DNA of 64,000 bases from Escherichia phage IME08. Position numbers and translations under genes: made by a program. The notes under the pieces are model-generated. The model was not told the DNA's origin, ran no database searches, and saw only the letters and a list, made by a program, of their open reading frames with translations. Every line of letters starts with the position of its first letter. The first letter of the stretch is position 1. The stretch lies in the sequence record NC_014260.1, one strand, 5' to 3'. Of this stretch, positions 8,740-17,781 are shown piece after piece.

Positions 8740-10071
8740 TCAAACGTAATAAGCATCAGTACGAGCACGAGTAATACTAACATAAGCTAGCTGTGAAGCT
8801 AAACTCACATCAGCCATATGCATACACGGCGTATAGATGAAACTGTTCTGGACTGTGAGGCCCTGAGATTTATGAACAGTGCTCACCGGAAGAGCTCGAA
8901 CCTTAGTAAACATTCTCTTAGCTTTCCAAAAATCAGCCCACTTAGGTTTCTTACCTGTTCCACGCATGGCTTTGTATTCAGTAGCAACCTTAGCCAAGAA
9001 ATAATGGAACTTCTCGACTGAAGCCTCATCGATAACCTTTAAATGCTCTACATAGTACTCGTCGTCTTCATCAACGGATTCTACTTGCAGGTCCCAGTAA
9101 TTAATCATTTGTCGAGTGCCTACATCCTTAGCAGACAAGAACAATGAGGTGTGGTTCACATCCAGAATACGAACCATTTGGCCATTATTAAAAATGGTTT
9201 CAGAGAATTTCTTACCGTCGTATTCAAGTTCCTTCATAAAAGGCTCTTGCATTACTAGGATTTCACCTTTGATATAAGGTGCATCGGTTTCATAAAGCTT
9301 TTTACGAATAATGCTATTCAGCTTTTCAACCGATTTATTTGTATAAGCAAACATCCTATTTTCAAATAAGGCATCCGCGTCTTTTACGATGGAAAAATAA
9401 TTCATCATAAAATCTTTTAAAGCAGTTTGGGATTTAAAGCCATGGACACCATGTCCTTCGAATACACAATCTCTAAACCACCCGCCATTACGGATTTCAG
9501 TAGCAACCTCAATGATAGGAGCATTACTACGCATTACTTCGGTCAAATGCAATTGCTTGATTTTTGGATGAGTAAAGAACGGAGACAACTGTGGACTACC
9601 ATCACTTCCTGGTTCCACTGGCTGAAGCTGAGCTCTGTCGCCAATCCCTAATACAGTACACCATGGAGGCACGGAAGATTCGATAATCTTAAACAGCTTA
9701 CCGTCAATCATCGAGCCTTCATCAACAACTAACACATTACATTTGCTCAAGTCAGGAGCTTCGCGTTGTTCAAAGATATCCTGGTCTTCGTATGTAGTAG
9801 GGTTAATCTTTAGAATTCTGTGGATTGTTGATGCTTCTTGACCTGCGAGTTTAGACAACACCTTTTTGGCCGCATGGGTGGGTGCAGTCAAAATAACTCC
9901 GAGTTCACCATTCTTGACTAGATGGTCAAGAATAAATTTGGTAAGGGTTGTTTTACCCGTACCAGCAGGACCGTTCAATGTAATCCATTCACCCTTACGT
10001 CGTTTAATAGCTTCAATGATTTCTTTAAAAGCCGTCCTCTGGCCGATGTTCAAGTCTTCAAATGTAATCAT
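8740..10071 (-). CDS. dda: Dda 5'-3' DNA helicase (SF1)
   Basis: 443 aa; Walker A GPAGTGKTT; alignable along its length with recalled T4 Dda (AAPTHAAKK, VKALPASTFHKAQG, YVGVTRGR-like end). Confidence 0.95.
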   Translation of the reverse strand: MITFEDLNIGQRTAFKEIIEAIKRRKGEWITLNGPAGTGKTTLTKFILDHLVKNGELGVILTAPTHAAKKVLSKLAGQEASTIHRILKINPTTYEDQDIFEQREAPDLSKCNVLVVDEGSMIDGKLFKIIESSVPPWCTVLGIGDRAQLQPVEPGSDGSPQLSPFFTHPKIKQLHLTEVMRSNAPIIEVATEIRNGGWFRDCVFEGHGVHGFKSQTALKDFMMNYFSIVKDADALFENRMFAYTNKSVEKLNSIIRKKLYETDAPYIKGEILVMQEPFMKELEYDGKKFSETIFNNGQMVRILDVNHTSLFLSAKDVGTRQMINYWDLQVESVDEDDEYYVEHLKVIDEASVEKFHYFLAKVATEYKAMRGTGKKPKWADFWKAKRMFTKVRALPVSTVHKSQGLTVQNSFIYTPCMHMADVSLASQLAYVSITRARTDAYYV

Positions 10072-10367
10072 GCCAATTTTACTCGCTTAACATATAAAGT
10101 GTCTAAAACTAATTTAAGTTCTCGAGCCCGTTCTTCAGTAGGATATACGGTTTTTGTTTCCCGCTTATCAAACCACCATTTTCTAGGTGTGTACACTGTT
10201 TCAATGCGTCCTTTACTTAAATATCGTTTTGTAGTGTATGAATACCCAGCGCATTCTAAATCAGCAGCGGCTTTTGTGGAATATAAGGTCACCTTTCCGT
10301 CATATTCCAATGGAATTTCATACCCATCTTTGTCCTTGTGAACCAATACATATGCGTAATACATCAC
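10068..10367 (-). CDS. hypothetical protein (dda.1 position)
   Basis: 99 aa ORF overlapping the dda start by 4 nt. Confidence 0.55.
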   Translation of the reverse strand: MMYYAYVLVHKDKDGYEIPLEYDGKVTLYSTKAAADLECAGYSYTTKRYLSKGRIETVYTPRKWWFDKRETKTVYPTEERARELKLVLDTLYVKRVKLA

Positions 10368-10368
10368 G

Positions 10369-11103
10369 TTAACCTCTAATCAGTGAAAAAATTGAAGCAT
10401 TCAGCGGAAGACCTTTTTTCAACTTCAATTTGTCAATAAAAGAAAGGTGTTCTAAACGCTCCAGACCTTGAATAATTTTATCATACATATCGTAACGCGT
10501 TTCTGCTTCAGATAATTTAAACTTGACGCGCCAATCAGGCCCACCAATTAAAGATTTAAGACCCTTTTCCATCATACCAATCGAAGCGTTAGAACCGTGG
10601 ATACGAGCTTTAACCGCGATAACAGAAGGGGTCTTATCAGTAGCTCCTGATTTAATAAGGTCCTTAAGACGTTTTTCACGCTTTTTAAGACCTCTTTGGG
10701 TATCTTTAATATTTTTAACGATTTTACGAATTTTATAATAATTATCTGGGGTAACTTTAAAACTATTAGGCATTTTAGAACCACCTGAAATACGAACCGC
10801 CAAACGAGTCTGGGCCCGTTTAAGTTCGTCAAGAGATAAATCGGCACGTAAGCTGTTGTACTTAACTTTAACCGGGATTACATTACCCTCAATATAGCCG
10901 ATATCGTTGTTAAAACGTTCAAATGAAATCTTATCATTAACTGAATTCTCATCAAAGCGCTCGCCTGAATAAGCACACACTTTTTGTTCGAGAAGTCTAC
11001 GAACATACTTACTAGATAGGTTGAAGTCCTTACCACGTTTATAAGCAGAAGCTTTGGTGTGTTTGCGGCGGTTGTAAACCTTTAACTCAAATTCAGTAGT
11101 CAT
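10369..11103 (-). CDS. srd: putative anti-sigma factor Srd-like protein
   Basis: 244 aa, basic; size and position between dda and modA match T4 srd; no independent motif. Confidence 0.6.
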   Translation of the reverse strand: MTTEFELKVYNRRKHTKASAYKRGKDFNLSSKYVRRLLEQKVCAYSGERFDENSVNDKISFERFNNDIGYIEGNVIPVKVKYNSLRADLSLDELKRAQTRLAVRISGGSKMPNSFKVTPDNYYKIRKIVKNIKDTQRGLKKREKRLKDLIKSGATDKTPSVIAVKARIHGSNASIGMMEKGLKSLIGGPDWRVKFKLSEAETRYDMYDKIIQGLERLEHLSFIDKLKLKKGLPLNASIFSLIRG

Positions 11104-11130
11104 GATATTTTCTCATCTTACGGACGATTA

Positions 11131-11171
11131 GTTGATAGGTCTATAGTATCATGTTGCTTGGTAAAGTAAAC
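11131..11171 (-). promoter_or_regulatory. sigma70-type early promoter with full conserved block
   Basis: minus strand GTTTAC + 17 nt + TACTAT + AGACCTATCAAC; 28 nt above srd ATG. Confidence 0.7.
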
Positions 11172-11240
11172 ACTTTTTTGCTTTAAATTTTCGACGGTAT
11201 AATGAATCAAGGACTTTGCCTTTCAATTAAATCGGGCGGT

Positions 11241-11855
11241 TCAGTAAGAAAGAACGGAAAGATTCCAAATGGTGTAATTATTCCATTTAGGATTTCTCTC
11301 AATAGAGTCTACGCGCAGCGTAGTTCCCGCAGGGAACATCATCTCATCTTCATCATTGATTAATTGTAAGTTTGCTACACGGGTAGATTCAGGAAATGCG
11401 CCTGGGAACTCTTCAGGGGGCGCGGCACATAACATTTTAAAGATTTCTTCCTGATAATTGTACACAAATGGTGCATCATTAATACAAAAGATATTAAATG
11501 TGCCGTAGAAGTTATAAGATGCGAAATTCCTTGCCACGTTGAAGTCTTTAGAGAAGCTCATTACTCGGTCGAATTCAATTACGGCACCTACACACATCGT
11601 AGATTCAAGATATGCCATAGTCTTCTTAGAAATCCCACGATACAACTTATCAGGCACTACAGAAGTCAGGTTCTTACGAATAATTTTGTTCAGAGTTTCC
11701 TGGATAGTATCTGGTTTATTTTCCATACACTGCCAGAGGGTACTCTGTTCTAAATCAGAATACACCTCATCAATTTCTATCTGAGTATTCTCACGGAAAT
11801 CATCGCATTTAGCGTTGTTGATAAATTCTGCTAATTTATGGCTTGGGTATAACAT
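11241..11855 (-). CDS. modA: ADP-ribosyltransferase (ModA/ModB family)
   Basis: 204 aa; shares LYRGI...FS...ARNFA motifs with the adjacent paralog; position matches T4 modA. Confidence 0.7.
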   Translation of the reverse strand: MLYPSHKLAEFINNAKCDDFRENTQIEIDEVYSDLEQSTLWQCMENKPDTIQETLNKIIRKNLTSVVPDKLYRGISKKTMAYLESTMCVGAVIEFDRVMSFSKDFNVARNFASYNFYGTFNIFCINDAPFVYNYQEEIFKMLCAAPPEEFPGAFPESTRVANLQLINDEDEMMFPAGTTLRVDSIERNPKWNNYTIWNLSVLSY

Positions 11856-11862
11856 ATTATTC

Positions 11863-11910
11863 TCCTCAGTTGATAGAAAGATAGTACCACAAGCTTCCTT
11901 GCCTGTAAAC
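11863..11910 (-). promoter_or_regulatory. sigma70-type early promoter (GTTTAC, 18 nt, TACTAT)
   Basis: gttgatagaaagatagta...gtaaac directly above modA start. Confidence 0.5.
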
Positions 11911-12479
11911 TAAAAATCCAACATTTTTAAATGAATTGTTTTGTACTCGATTTCGTACGGGTCCCTTTTGATGGTTTCGATTTCAACAATCTCGAAACGT
12001 GATAGGCTGGAGACCATGAACTCACATTCAGTTTCAACCATATCATAGAGGTCGATACGGGTTTCATCTATTTCAAGCTCATCCACATTCCCTGCAAGAA
12101 CAAGGTCGATAGCATGATTGTAGTAGTCGAAAATGAACGGTGCATTCCTGAGACTTAAAATGGTTTTGGTTCCATACTCCCATGCCCCTGCGAACTGACG
12201 AGCCTGGGAGTATTGTGTACTAAAAGAAGTAACTCGACCAGGAGACCATTGACACCCTACTGAAAGGAGCTCTAATTGCTCAAGTTCTCTGGTGGTAATC
12301 CCACGATACAACTCTACTGGAACCGCTGAAGTAACATGCTTACGAACCAGTTTGTCGAGGTCGTAATGGAAGTTAGGGTCTTTTTTGGCATCTAGACATT
12401 TTTCTAAAAGATTCTGTTCGTGTTTTGAGAATTTGGAATTGATTCGGTCTTGATAAAGACATTTTTGTTCGATGTTCAT
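11910..12479 (-). CDS. modB: ADP-ribosyltransferase (ModA/ModB family)
   Basis: 189 aa; paralog of preceding ORF (ELYRGIT, SFSTQYSQARQFA). Confidence 0.7.
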   Translation of the reverse strand: MNIEQKCLYQDRINSKFSKHEQNLLEKCLDAKKDPNFHYDLDKLVRKHVTSAVPVELYRGITTRELEQLELLSVGCQWSPGRVTSFSTQYSQARQFAGAWEYGTKTILSLRNAPFIFDYYNHAIDLVLAGNVDELEIDETRIDLYDMVETECEFMVSSLSRFEIVEIETIKRDPYEIEYKTIHLKMLDF

Positions 12480-12504
12480 ATGACCTCCAGTGATTTAGAG
12501 GTCA

Positions 12505-12532
12505 TTATAACATGAAGGGAGGAGGTGTAAAC
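12505..12532 (-). promoter_or_regulatory. sigma70-type early promoter (GTTTAC, 16-17 nt, TATAAT)
   Basis: minus strand GTTTACacctcctcccttcatgtTATAATgacc above modB. Confidence 0.55.
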
Positions 12533-12786
12533 TACTTAAACACCCCAAGTGGGACGCCAAACACTGCAATGTCAGCAGCTTGACCCATTAGGGATTGGGT
12601 ATATGAAGTATAAGAGCTTTTTGATTCATAAGAGCTTTTTGTTTCTGGAGCCTTGGCCGTAATCTTAGGAGCTTTTGCCTGAATATTTTTTTGCTCGATT
12701 TCCTTACGAGCTTGTTTACGGTCGATATCCAACGCCGATGTAGGTATATTAGTTAGCCAATTCATCATTTTACCCAAGGAGCCCAT
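12532..12786 (-). CDS. hypothetical protein with Ser/Tyr-rich segment
   Basis: 84 aa; KSSYESKSSYTSYT low-complexity stretch. Confidence 0.45.
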   Translation of the reverse strand: MGSLGKMMNWLTNIPTSALDIDRKQARKEIEQKNIQAKAPKITAKAPETKSSYESKSSYTSYTQSLMGQAADIAVFGVPLGVFK

Positions 12787-12990
12787 GGAGGAGGGTCTAA
12801 GTAATAAGAAGCTAGGTCGCTAAGAGCATCTTTAGGCAACTTAAACCATGCTTCTGTATAATCATATCAAGCTCATTGACGAGGTCAACAGGCGGCTCCT
12901 GAGTTGTTTCAGGCTCAGGGTCCGGAATGACAAACATATCAAATAAGTCCATTAGTAACCACCGATAGGACCGTACTCGTACATACGAGC

Positions 12991-13443
12991 TCACACCTTA
13001 GCATCAAAAATAGCGTCTTCAGTCATGGTAAAGCGCAATCCAATATCAAAGTGTTTCCAAATCTGACGTTCGACTTCAGTAAGGTCTTCGGTGGTAGAAA
13101 TCAGATATGTGCGACCTTGGAGACGTTCAGTGGCCATTTTATCTCTATCTTTATAGAAAATATCCATGGTTCCTTCGGCATATGGGTCTGCCGGATAACG
13201 ATAACCCTTGATATGTAATGCTTCAGCCAGGCTAAAAGGACAGCCTTCAGCAACATCAACATTTTTATTATGATACGCCTTCATCAGAATATTTTCTGGC
13301 AGCTTAATATCTTTTAATCTTGTTTCTAACTGGGTTATAGAATTCATACCATTATCGACAAGGATAAGACACGCCGTAGCATCATAAGGACGCGTTTGTC
13401 CGGCAGAATCACGAACAAAGAATTCTAGTTCATAAACTTTCAT
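12991..13443 (-). CDS. hypothetical protein (mrh region)
   Basis: 150 aa ORF; positional assignment only. Confidence 0.5.
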   Translation of the reverse strand: MKVYELEFFVRDSAGQTRPYDATACLILVDNGMNSITQLETRLKDIKLPENILMKAYHNKNVDVAEGCPFSLAEALHIKGYRYPADPYAEGTMDIFYKDRDKMATERLQGRTYLISTTEDLTEVERQIWKHFDIGLRFTMTEDAIFDAKV

Positions 13444-13593
13444 TATGTTTTCCTCTTCTTAGTTTACCTACTAAAGGGCCATCCGGAATTTTATTTTCTT
13501 GGATGTATTTCTCGTTTTCTTCCATCATTTTACTACCAATTTTAAGAAGCAAATCCAATGCCTCTTTAGCACGTTCTTCAGCCTCTTTAATAG

Positions 13594-13794
13594 TCATGAT
13601 TTATCCCCATAGATATCACGCATAATTCTAAGAGCTTCGCGTTCTAATTTCTTTTCACGTTCTTCACGGATACCTTTAAGAATCCATTCTTCGGAGTCAC
13701 GTTTCATTTCTGCATTGGCTTGGTCTAACCACCCGTCATCAAGATAATCACTAGGACGGTCCAGCCAATCTTTAAGCCATGATAAAGGTTTCAT
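13594..13794 (-). CDS. hypothetical protein
   Basis: 66 aa ORF, stop/start abutting neighbour. Confidence 0.4.
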   Translation of the reverse strand: MKPLSWLKDWLDRPSDYLDDGWLDQANAEMKRDSEEWILKGIREEREKKLEREALRIMRDIYGDKS

Positions 13795-14129
13795 TAATCA
13801 CACGAGCTAGACGACGAGTCACAGCTTCCTGAGTCATAAGACGAATAAGAAGAATCACCAGTCCAAGAACTGACAGCAGCCGCAACCATAATAGGAGTGG
13901 TATCAATATGGCTTGTGCGACGAGCTTCTAAATGTTCTTTTAACTTTTTAGAATTCAAAGGAAGAGCGCCCGGGCCTACATTACCGGCTTTTTCAGGTTG
14001 ACGAATAACTTCTTCCATCATACCATCGCCTACATAAACATATTCCCTTAACTTAACGTATGATGGACTAATAGGAACCGGCCCTTCGCCAGGGGTAATC
14101 TTGAAAAAATTCTTAAGCCAACGAATCAT
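13794..14129 (-). CDS. hypothetical protein with Ser-rich C-terminus
   Basis: 111 aa; C-terminal DSSYSSYDSGSCDSSSSSCD. Confidence 0.45.
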   Translation of the reverse strand: MIRWLKNFFKITPGEGPVPISPSYVKLREYVYVGDGMMEEVIRQPEKAGNVGPGALPLNSKKLKEHLEARRTSHIDTTPIMVAAAVSSWTGDSSYSSYDSGSCDSSSSSCD

Positions 14130-14371
14130 AAGAAACCTCGTTTAAATTCAACCTTATCAATATCATCAGTCTCGTGACGGATTTCGGCATTAAATTCGAT
14201 AGAACCGTCTTCATGCATCATAAATGAATGGACAATAACTTCGGTATACCAAGGAGTATAAAAGTACTTTTTCAATACATGATTAGCGATAATTTCATCC
14301 AAAGTTTTATTTGGTTTAATCCAACGATTTAACATAGTGTTCTCCTCTATAAGATAATACCATCTTAACAC
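14126..14371 (-). CDS. hypothetical protein
   Basis: 81 aa ORF overlapping next start by 4 nt. Confidence 0.45.
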   Translation of the reverse strand: MLRWYYLIEENTMLNRWIKPNKTLDEIIANHVLKKYFYTPWYTEVIVHSFMMHEDGSIEFNAEIRHETDDIDKVEFKRGFL

Positions 14372-14400
14372 AACCTTCCTAAAAAGTAAACCCTTAAAAC

Positions 14401-14426
14401 CAAAAAAAGGAACCCGAAGGTTCCTT
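14401..14426 (-). terminator. GGAACC-UUCG-GGUUCC tetraloop hairpin + U7
   Basis: minus strand GGAACCttcgGGTTCCttttttt immediately after the soc stop. Confidence 0.7.
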
Positions 14427-14430
14427 ATAA

Positions 14431-14664
14431 TTAAACTACTGGGGTCGGCGTGAACATTGCTGCGTTCTTAGTTCGCCAATCGGCTGCATCAGTCACTACA
14501 GTAGTATAGGCTGCAACGGCCGAAGGGAAAGTCTGATAATGAGAGTCTGCAATACGGTGCTCGTTTGAATAAATCTCAAACGGGACCGAAACCTCAGTAC
14601 CTTTAACTTCTTTACCTTCACCAGCTGGATGTGTAAAGGTTTTGATATTAACGAAACCACCCAT
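14431..14664 (-). CDS. soc: small outer capsid protein
   Basis: 77 aa; VNIKTF...HYQTFPS...AAY match recalled T4 Soc. Confidence 0.9.
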   Translation of the reverse strand: MGGFVNIKTFTHPAGEGKEVKGTEVSVPFEIYSNEHRIADSHYQTFPSAVAAYTTVVTDAADWRTKNAAMFTPTPVV

Positions 14665-14695
14665 AATTAACTCCTTTGTTGTTTAATTACAGGTG

Positions 14696-14703
14696 TATTT
14701 ATA
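14696..14703 (-). promoter_or_regulatory. late promoter TATAAATA upstream of soc
   Basis: minus strand TATAAATAcacctgtaattaaacaacaaaggagttaattATG. Confidence 0.7.
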
Positions 14704-14705
14704 AC

Positions 14706-15227
14706 TTAATAACCTCGGTCTTGACGAGCAAAGTTCTCGGCATTTTTCAGATAATACAACTTAAAGATTTCTTCAGCAGTCAGTCCAAGGCCTTGGAACA
14801 TATTCAGAACGAAATGGAGAATATCAATCATTTCAAATTTAATTTCGAGCTGGTCTTCAGGAGAGAGTTCGTCAATACGACGGTTACGGAATTCACCATG
14901 TTGAGCTTTCCAAGGCTTCCACACACTAGATGCGGCTTTCTCGCCATTGCTCATGCCACCAAGAGAAGTCAACAGTTCACGGAATTCGTCATCAATATAA
15001 TCTTTCTGGTTGCGAAGCCAATCGACAACTTGACCTGCAGTAGCCAGTTCATCGGGGTTAGAGTTAAATTCAGATTTTTCAGTAGCCAAACGGACCTGTA
15101 ATGATTTCTGCATATCAAGCATAACCTGCAGAGGGTCTTTATCTTCATGAATCAGAGCATTAAAATAAGCTTCCTCAGCTTTATCAACACCAGAAATCAA
15201 ACCACTACATTCGTTAAAAAATGCCAT
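14706..15227 (-). CDS. 56: dCTP pyrophosphatase (MazG-like dCTPase)
   Basis: 173 aa; position after soc; all-alpha MazG-like sequence with the EExxE signature pattern; size matches T4 gp56. Confidence 0.85.
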   Translation of the reverse strand: MAFFNECSGLISGVDKAEEAYFNALIHEDKDPLQVMLDMQKSLQVRLATEKSEFNSNPDELATAGQVVDWLRNQKDYIDDEFRELLTSLGGMSNGEKAASSVWKPWKAQHGEFRNRRIDELSPEDQLEIKFEMIDILHFVLNMFQGLGLTAEEIFKLYYLKNAENFARQDRGY

Positions 15228-15231
15228 TATA

Positions 15232-15888
15232 TTATTTCCTATTAAAGTTTTCTATCATTCGTCGATAACAAATATCAGGATATCCATTATCAACAGCTAT
15301 TTTATTAAATTTGGTGCGTTTAGGTTTATTATTGTAAACCCATAATTCATAAAGCATATCGTAACTATTCCATATTTCTCCGCGCCTAGGATTTGGCAAA
15401 CCATATCGAGGGGAATCTTTACCACTAAATCTTCCTTTTCTAGCTTTACTCATATTGGCCTTAGCTTCATCAGATATAATTTTATCTTTATGAGCCAGGC
15501 GCATTTTGGCTTTAGTTTCTTCAGGAGTTTTCATCCCTCTAATCCAGGAAGGTTTACCAAACATCGGGTTATTTTTTCCTGAAAATGCTTTAGCGTTATT
15601 TTCTCTTAACGTGGCTATAGTTCTACTAGTTAATTTAACTCCTTTATTATATCTCATTAAATTAACAGCATAATGTAGACCTTTTACTTCGGGATATATT
15701 TTTGTTAAAAGCCTATGAGCTACAAAGTGTTCTCTTGGCAATAAAGCAACTAAATTGTTTTTATCATCAGAACCATTCATACATCTAGGTATAACATGGT
15801 GTTCTTCCGTATAATATGATAAAGACCGCTTAGAACCTCTTAATTTTCCTTTAGATATTAATTCCTGGTATATTTTTTCGTAATTCAT
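15232..15888 (-). CDS. HNH homing endonuclease with NUMOD-like repeats
   Basis: 218 aa; HNH motif EEHHVIPRCMNGSDDKNNLVALLPREHFVAHR; repeated NPMFGK/KDSPRYG modules; AT-rich ORF inserted between gene 56 and gene 61. Confidence 0.8.
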   Translation of the reverse strand: MNYEKIYQELISKGKLRGSKRSLSYYTEEHHVIPRCMNGSDDKNNLVALLPREHFVAHRLLTKIYPEVKGLHYAVNLMRYNKGVKLTSRTIATLRENNAKAFSGKNNPMFGKPSWIRGMKTPEETKAKMRLAHKDKIISDEAKANMSKARKGRFSGKDSPRYGLPNPRRGEIWNSYDMLYELWVYNNKPKRTKFNKIAVDNGYPDICYRRMIENFNRK

Positions 15889-15921
15889 GGGATAATTGTA
15901 TCATTAATTTGTAAAGCAAGT

Positions 15922-15929
15922 TATAAATA
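15922..15929 (+). promoter_or_regulatory. late-promoter-like TATAAATA on the plus strand
   Basis: TATAAATA 10 nt upstream of AGGAGG SD and the ATG at 15951. Confidence 0.45.
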
Positions 15930-15950
15930 TTAATTTAACAGGAGGATAAT

Positions 15951-16151
15951 ATGGGCAGTATTTTTTACCAAATCTGGAAATTGGCCGAAAAGAAAGACAA
16001 GAAAATGATGTTAGGTTTTCTTGCGCTAGACGTATTCCTTTGGAATCTTTTAGTAGTCCCTGTAGCCGCTAGCCAAGGGATAATTTTACCAGCGGTTACA
16101 ATGGAACACGTATTAAGCATAATTGGATTCTTTAGCGGAATTCCTGCCTAA
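15951..16151 (+). CDS. small hydrophobic protein, only plus-strand gene candidate
   Basis: 66 aa; consensus AGGAGG SD with 5-nt spacing; two hydrophobic segments; convergent with primase gene. Confidence 0.45.
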   Translation: MGSIFYQIWKLAEKKDKKMMLGFLALDVFLWNLLVVPVAASQGIILPAVTMEHVLSIIGFFSGIPA

Positions 16152-17176
16152 ATTTTAGAATATTTCGAAAGTCTCATTTTAGCCATTAGACCTTGGGCTA
16201 TATTAGCTTTCATATATGCCAGTACATCATTTATATCAGCTTTATCTTTCATAATCATATCATTTATATCTTTAGAAGGCCATGGAGCCTTGTCCCAGAA
16301 TAGAACCCTTTCGCCAGCATCAACTAATCGTTGCATACGCTTAATTGTGTCAGGATGGCGGGGTTCATTGTCCATTACCCAAGCTCGAGTTTCTTTACAC
16401 GGAACCATAGCCAAGTCCAATGACCCACCAGTAATTGCTATTGCATTAGGTACGAATAATGAATCAATAGGACCTTCCATTACCCACACCAACTGACGTT
16501 CGTCAACTGTATCCATTCCATATATTTTTGTAGCTTGGTCATGAGCTTTTATTGTAATATATTTTTGTGGAGCATCTTTACGTAAGGCTCGACCCTGAAA
16601 ACTTTCAATTTGTTTATTCTTATTGAAAATTGGAATAACCAAACGCGGTTCAGGCATTTCTTTAGAATAGGTCCCTGGATTCACAGAGTTAACTAATGCG
16701 GGCCATTCTTTAGTAAACCACAGCCGATTCCATTTGTTTTCAGGAATGCAACGTAGTGTCACATATTTGATAATAGGATGGTCCTTTGGCATTCTATCTA
16801 ATCGTTCACAGAAATTAAGCTTTTCGATAACAGGCATCTTAGCTTTAATTTTTTCAGATATCTCCACCTTAGGTGCAGCTTGTCTCCCGAACGATTGCTC
16901 TTTATGTTTCTCAAGAATATATTCACGATATAAATCAGGCTCATATTCGTATAGATACTTCTTAATTCCTGCTGAATAATCACAGTTAAAACAGTGCAGC
17001 ATTACAGAGCCGTCATTGGCCGGATAGGCCCAAAAACGCGCTTTGTTCTCATCTTTTAGGGAGTCGCCACATACACGACAACGGCAATTTAATTTAAAAT
17101 CACTACCAGTTACTTGTCTGAATTTAGGTTGGTAATTCAAGGCACGTACAGCAAATTCTCTATCGACATATGACAT
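16148..17176 (-). CDS. 61: DNA primase
   Basis: 342 aa; N-terminal zinc ribbon CRCRVC...CFNC; same length as T4 gp61. Confidence 0.9.
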   Translation of the reverse strand: MSYVDREFAVRALNYQPKFRQVTGSDFKLNCRCRVCGDSLKDENKARFWAYPANDGSVMLHCFNCDYSAGIKKYLYEYEPDLYREYILEKHKEQSFGRQAAPKVEISEKIKAKMPVIEKLNFCERLDRMPKDHPIIKYVTLRCIPENKWNRLWFTKEWPALVNSVNPGTYSKEMPEPRLVIPIFNKNKQIESFQGRALRKDAPQKYITIKAHDQATKIYGMDTVDERQLVWVMEGPIDSLFVPNAIAITGGSLDLAMVPCKETRAWVMDNEPRHPDTIKRMQRLVDAGERVLFWDKAPWPSKDINDMIMKDKADINDVLAYMKANIAQGLMAKMRLSKYSKI

Positions 17177-17214
17177 TATTTTTCCTTGGGCTCTAAATTA
17201 ATAGAGCCATTATA

Positions 17215-17376
17215 TCATTCGTTTTCGGATTTTTCTTTACGCTTTTTAGATGGGATTTGTTCAGGCCCTTTGTTGACGACCGCGCCTGAGGTAGTTCCGG
17301 AGGCAATAGCAGTAGGATTACCGCCTGCATCGCCTGCGACCATATCTTCGTTCATAACTTCTTTAAAAGATTTCAT
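17215..17376 (-). CDS. small Gly/Ala-rich basic-tailed protein
   Basis: 53 aa hand-translated ORF (MKSFKEVMNEDMVAGDAGGNPTAIASG...KKRKEKSENE); AGGAG SD; TATAAATA late-type motif at 17390-17397. Confidence 0.4.
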   Translation of the reverse strand: MKSFKEVMNEDMVAGDAGGNPTAIASGTTSGAVVNKGPEQIPSKKRKEKSENE

Positions 17377-17392
17377 AGGCTCCTGGCCTTAT

Positions 17393-17584
17393 TTATATTA
17401 CGAAAATAGCTTTATCACCATTTGCATCAGTGACTTCATAGGTATCTTCGTGGTAAAGTGGAATAATCCAAGTCGCACCATCACCAGCAATAATATGGAT
17501 AGCTTCTTGGTCTTTTGATACGATTTCATATTCTTCGAATAATTCGAATACAGAAATCTTAGAGCCCGTACACATTGCACTCAT
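17393..17584 (-). CDS. hypothetical acidic small protein
   Basis: 63 aa ORF; preferred over the overlapping alternative frame 17398..17580. Confidence 0.35.
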   Translation of the reverse strand: MSAMCTGSKISVFELFEEYEIVSKDQEAIHIIAGDGATWIIPLYHEDTYEVTDANGDKAIFVI

Positions 17585-17780
17585 ATTGTTCCCTTCTTTT
17601 AATCAGTTGGCGATGAGCCTTTTTAAGTTTGCGAATCTGGCGCTTAGTTGGCCGTGCCACATAAGCTTGAGTAGTTACTCGTCCAAAAACACCATACTTA
17701 GGTGAAGGAGAATCTATAAAGACTTCCCACTGACAAGAGTAATTATACACGGCTTTAGAGAATTGAGTTAAGACAAACAT
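17559..17780 (-). CDS. hypothetical protein with basic PTKRQIR tail
   Basis: 73 aa; RPTKRQIRKLKKAHRQ motif shared with ORF 18568..18807. Confidence 0.45.
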   Translation of the reverse strand: MFVLTQFSKAVYNYSCQWEVFIDSPSPKYGVFGRVTTQAYVARPTKRQIRKLKKAHRQLIKRREQYECNVYGL

Positions 17781-17781
17781 A

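Larger units (their letters stand above)
15232..15950 (-). mobile_element. free-standing homing endonuclease insertion (mob-like)
   Basis: HNH ORF with local AT-richness; putative MotA-box (TTGCTTTA) plus TACAAT upstream on minus strand; no SD. Confidence 0.6.

Noticed and set aside
17398-17580. Alternative-frame 60-aa ORF
   Set aside because: It overlaps 17393-17584 almost completely in another frame and has a less protein-like composition.
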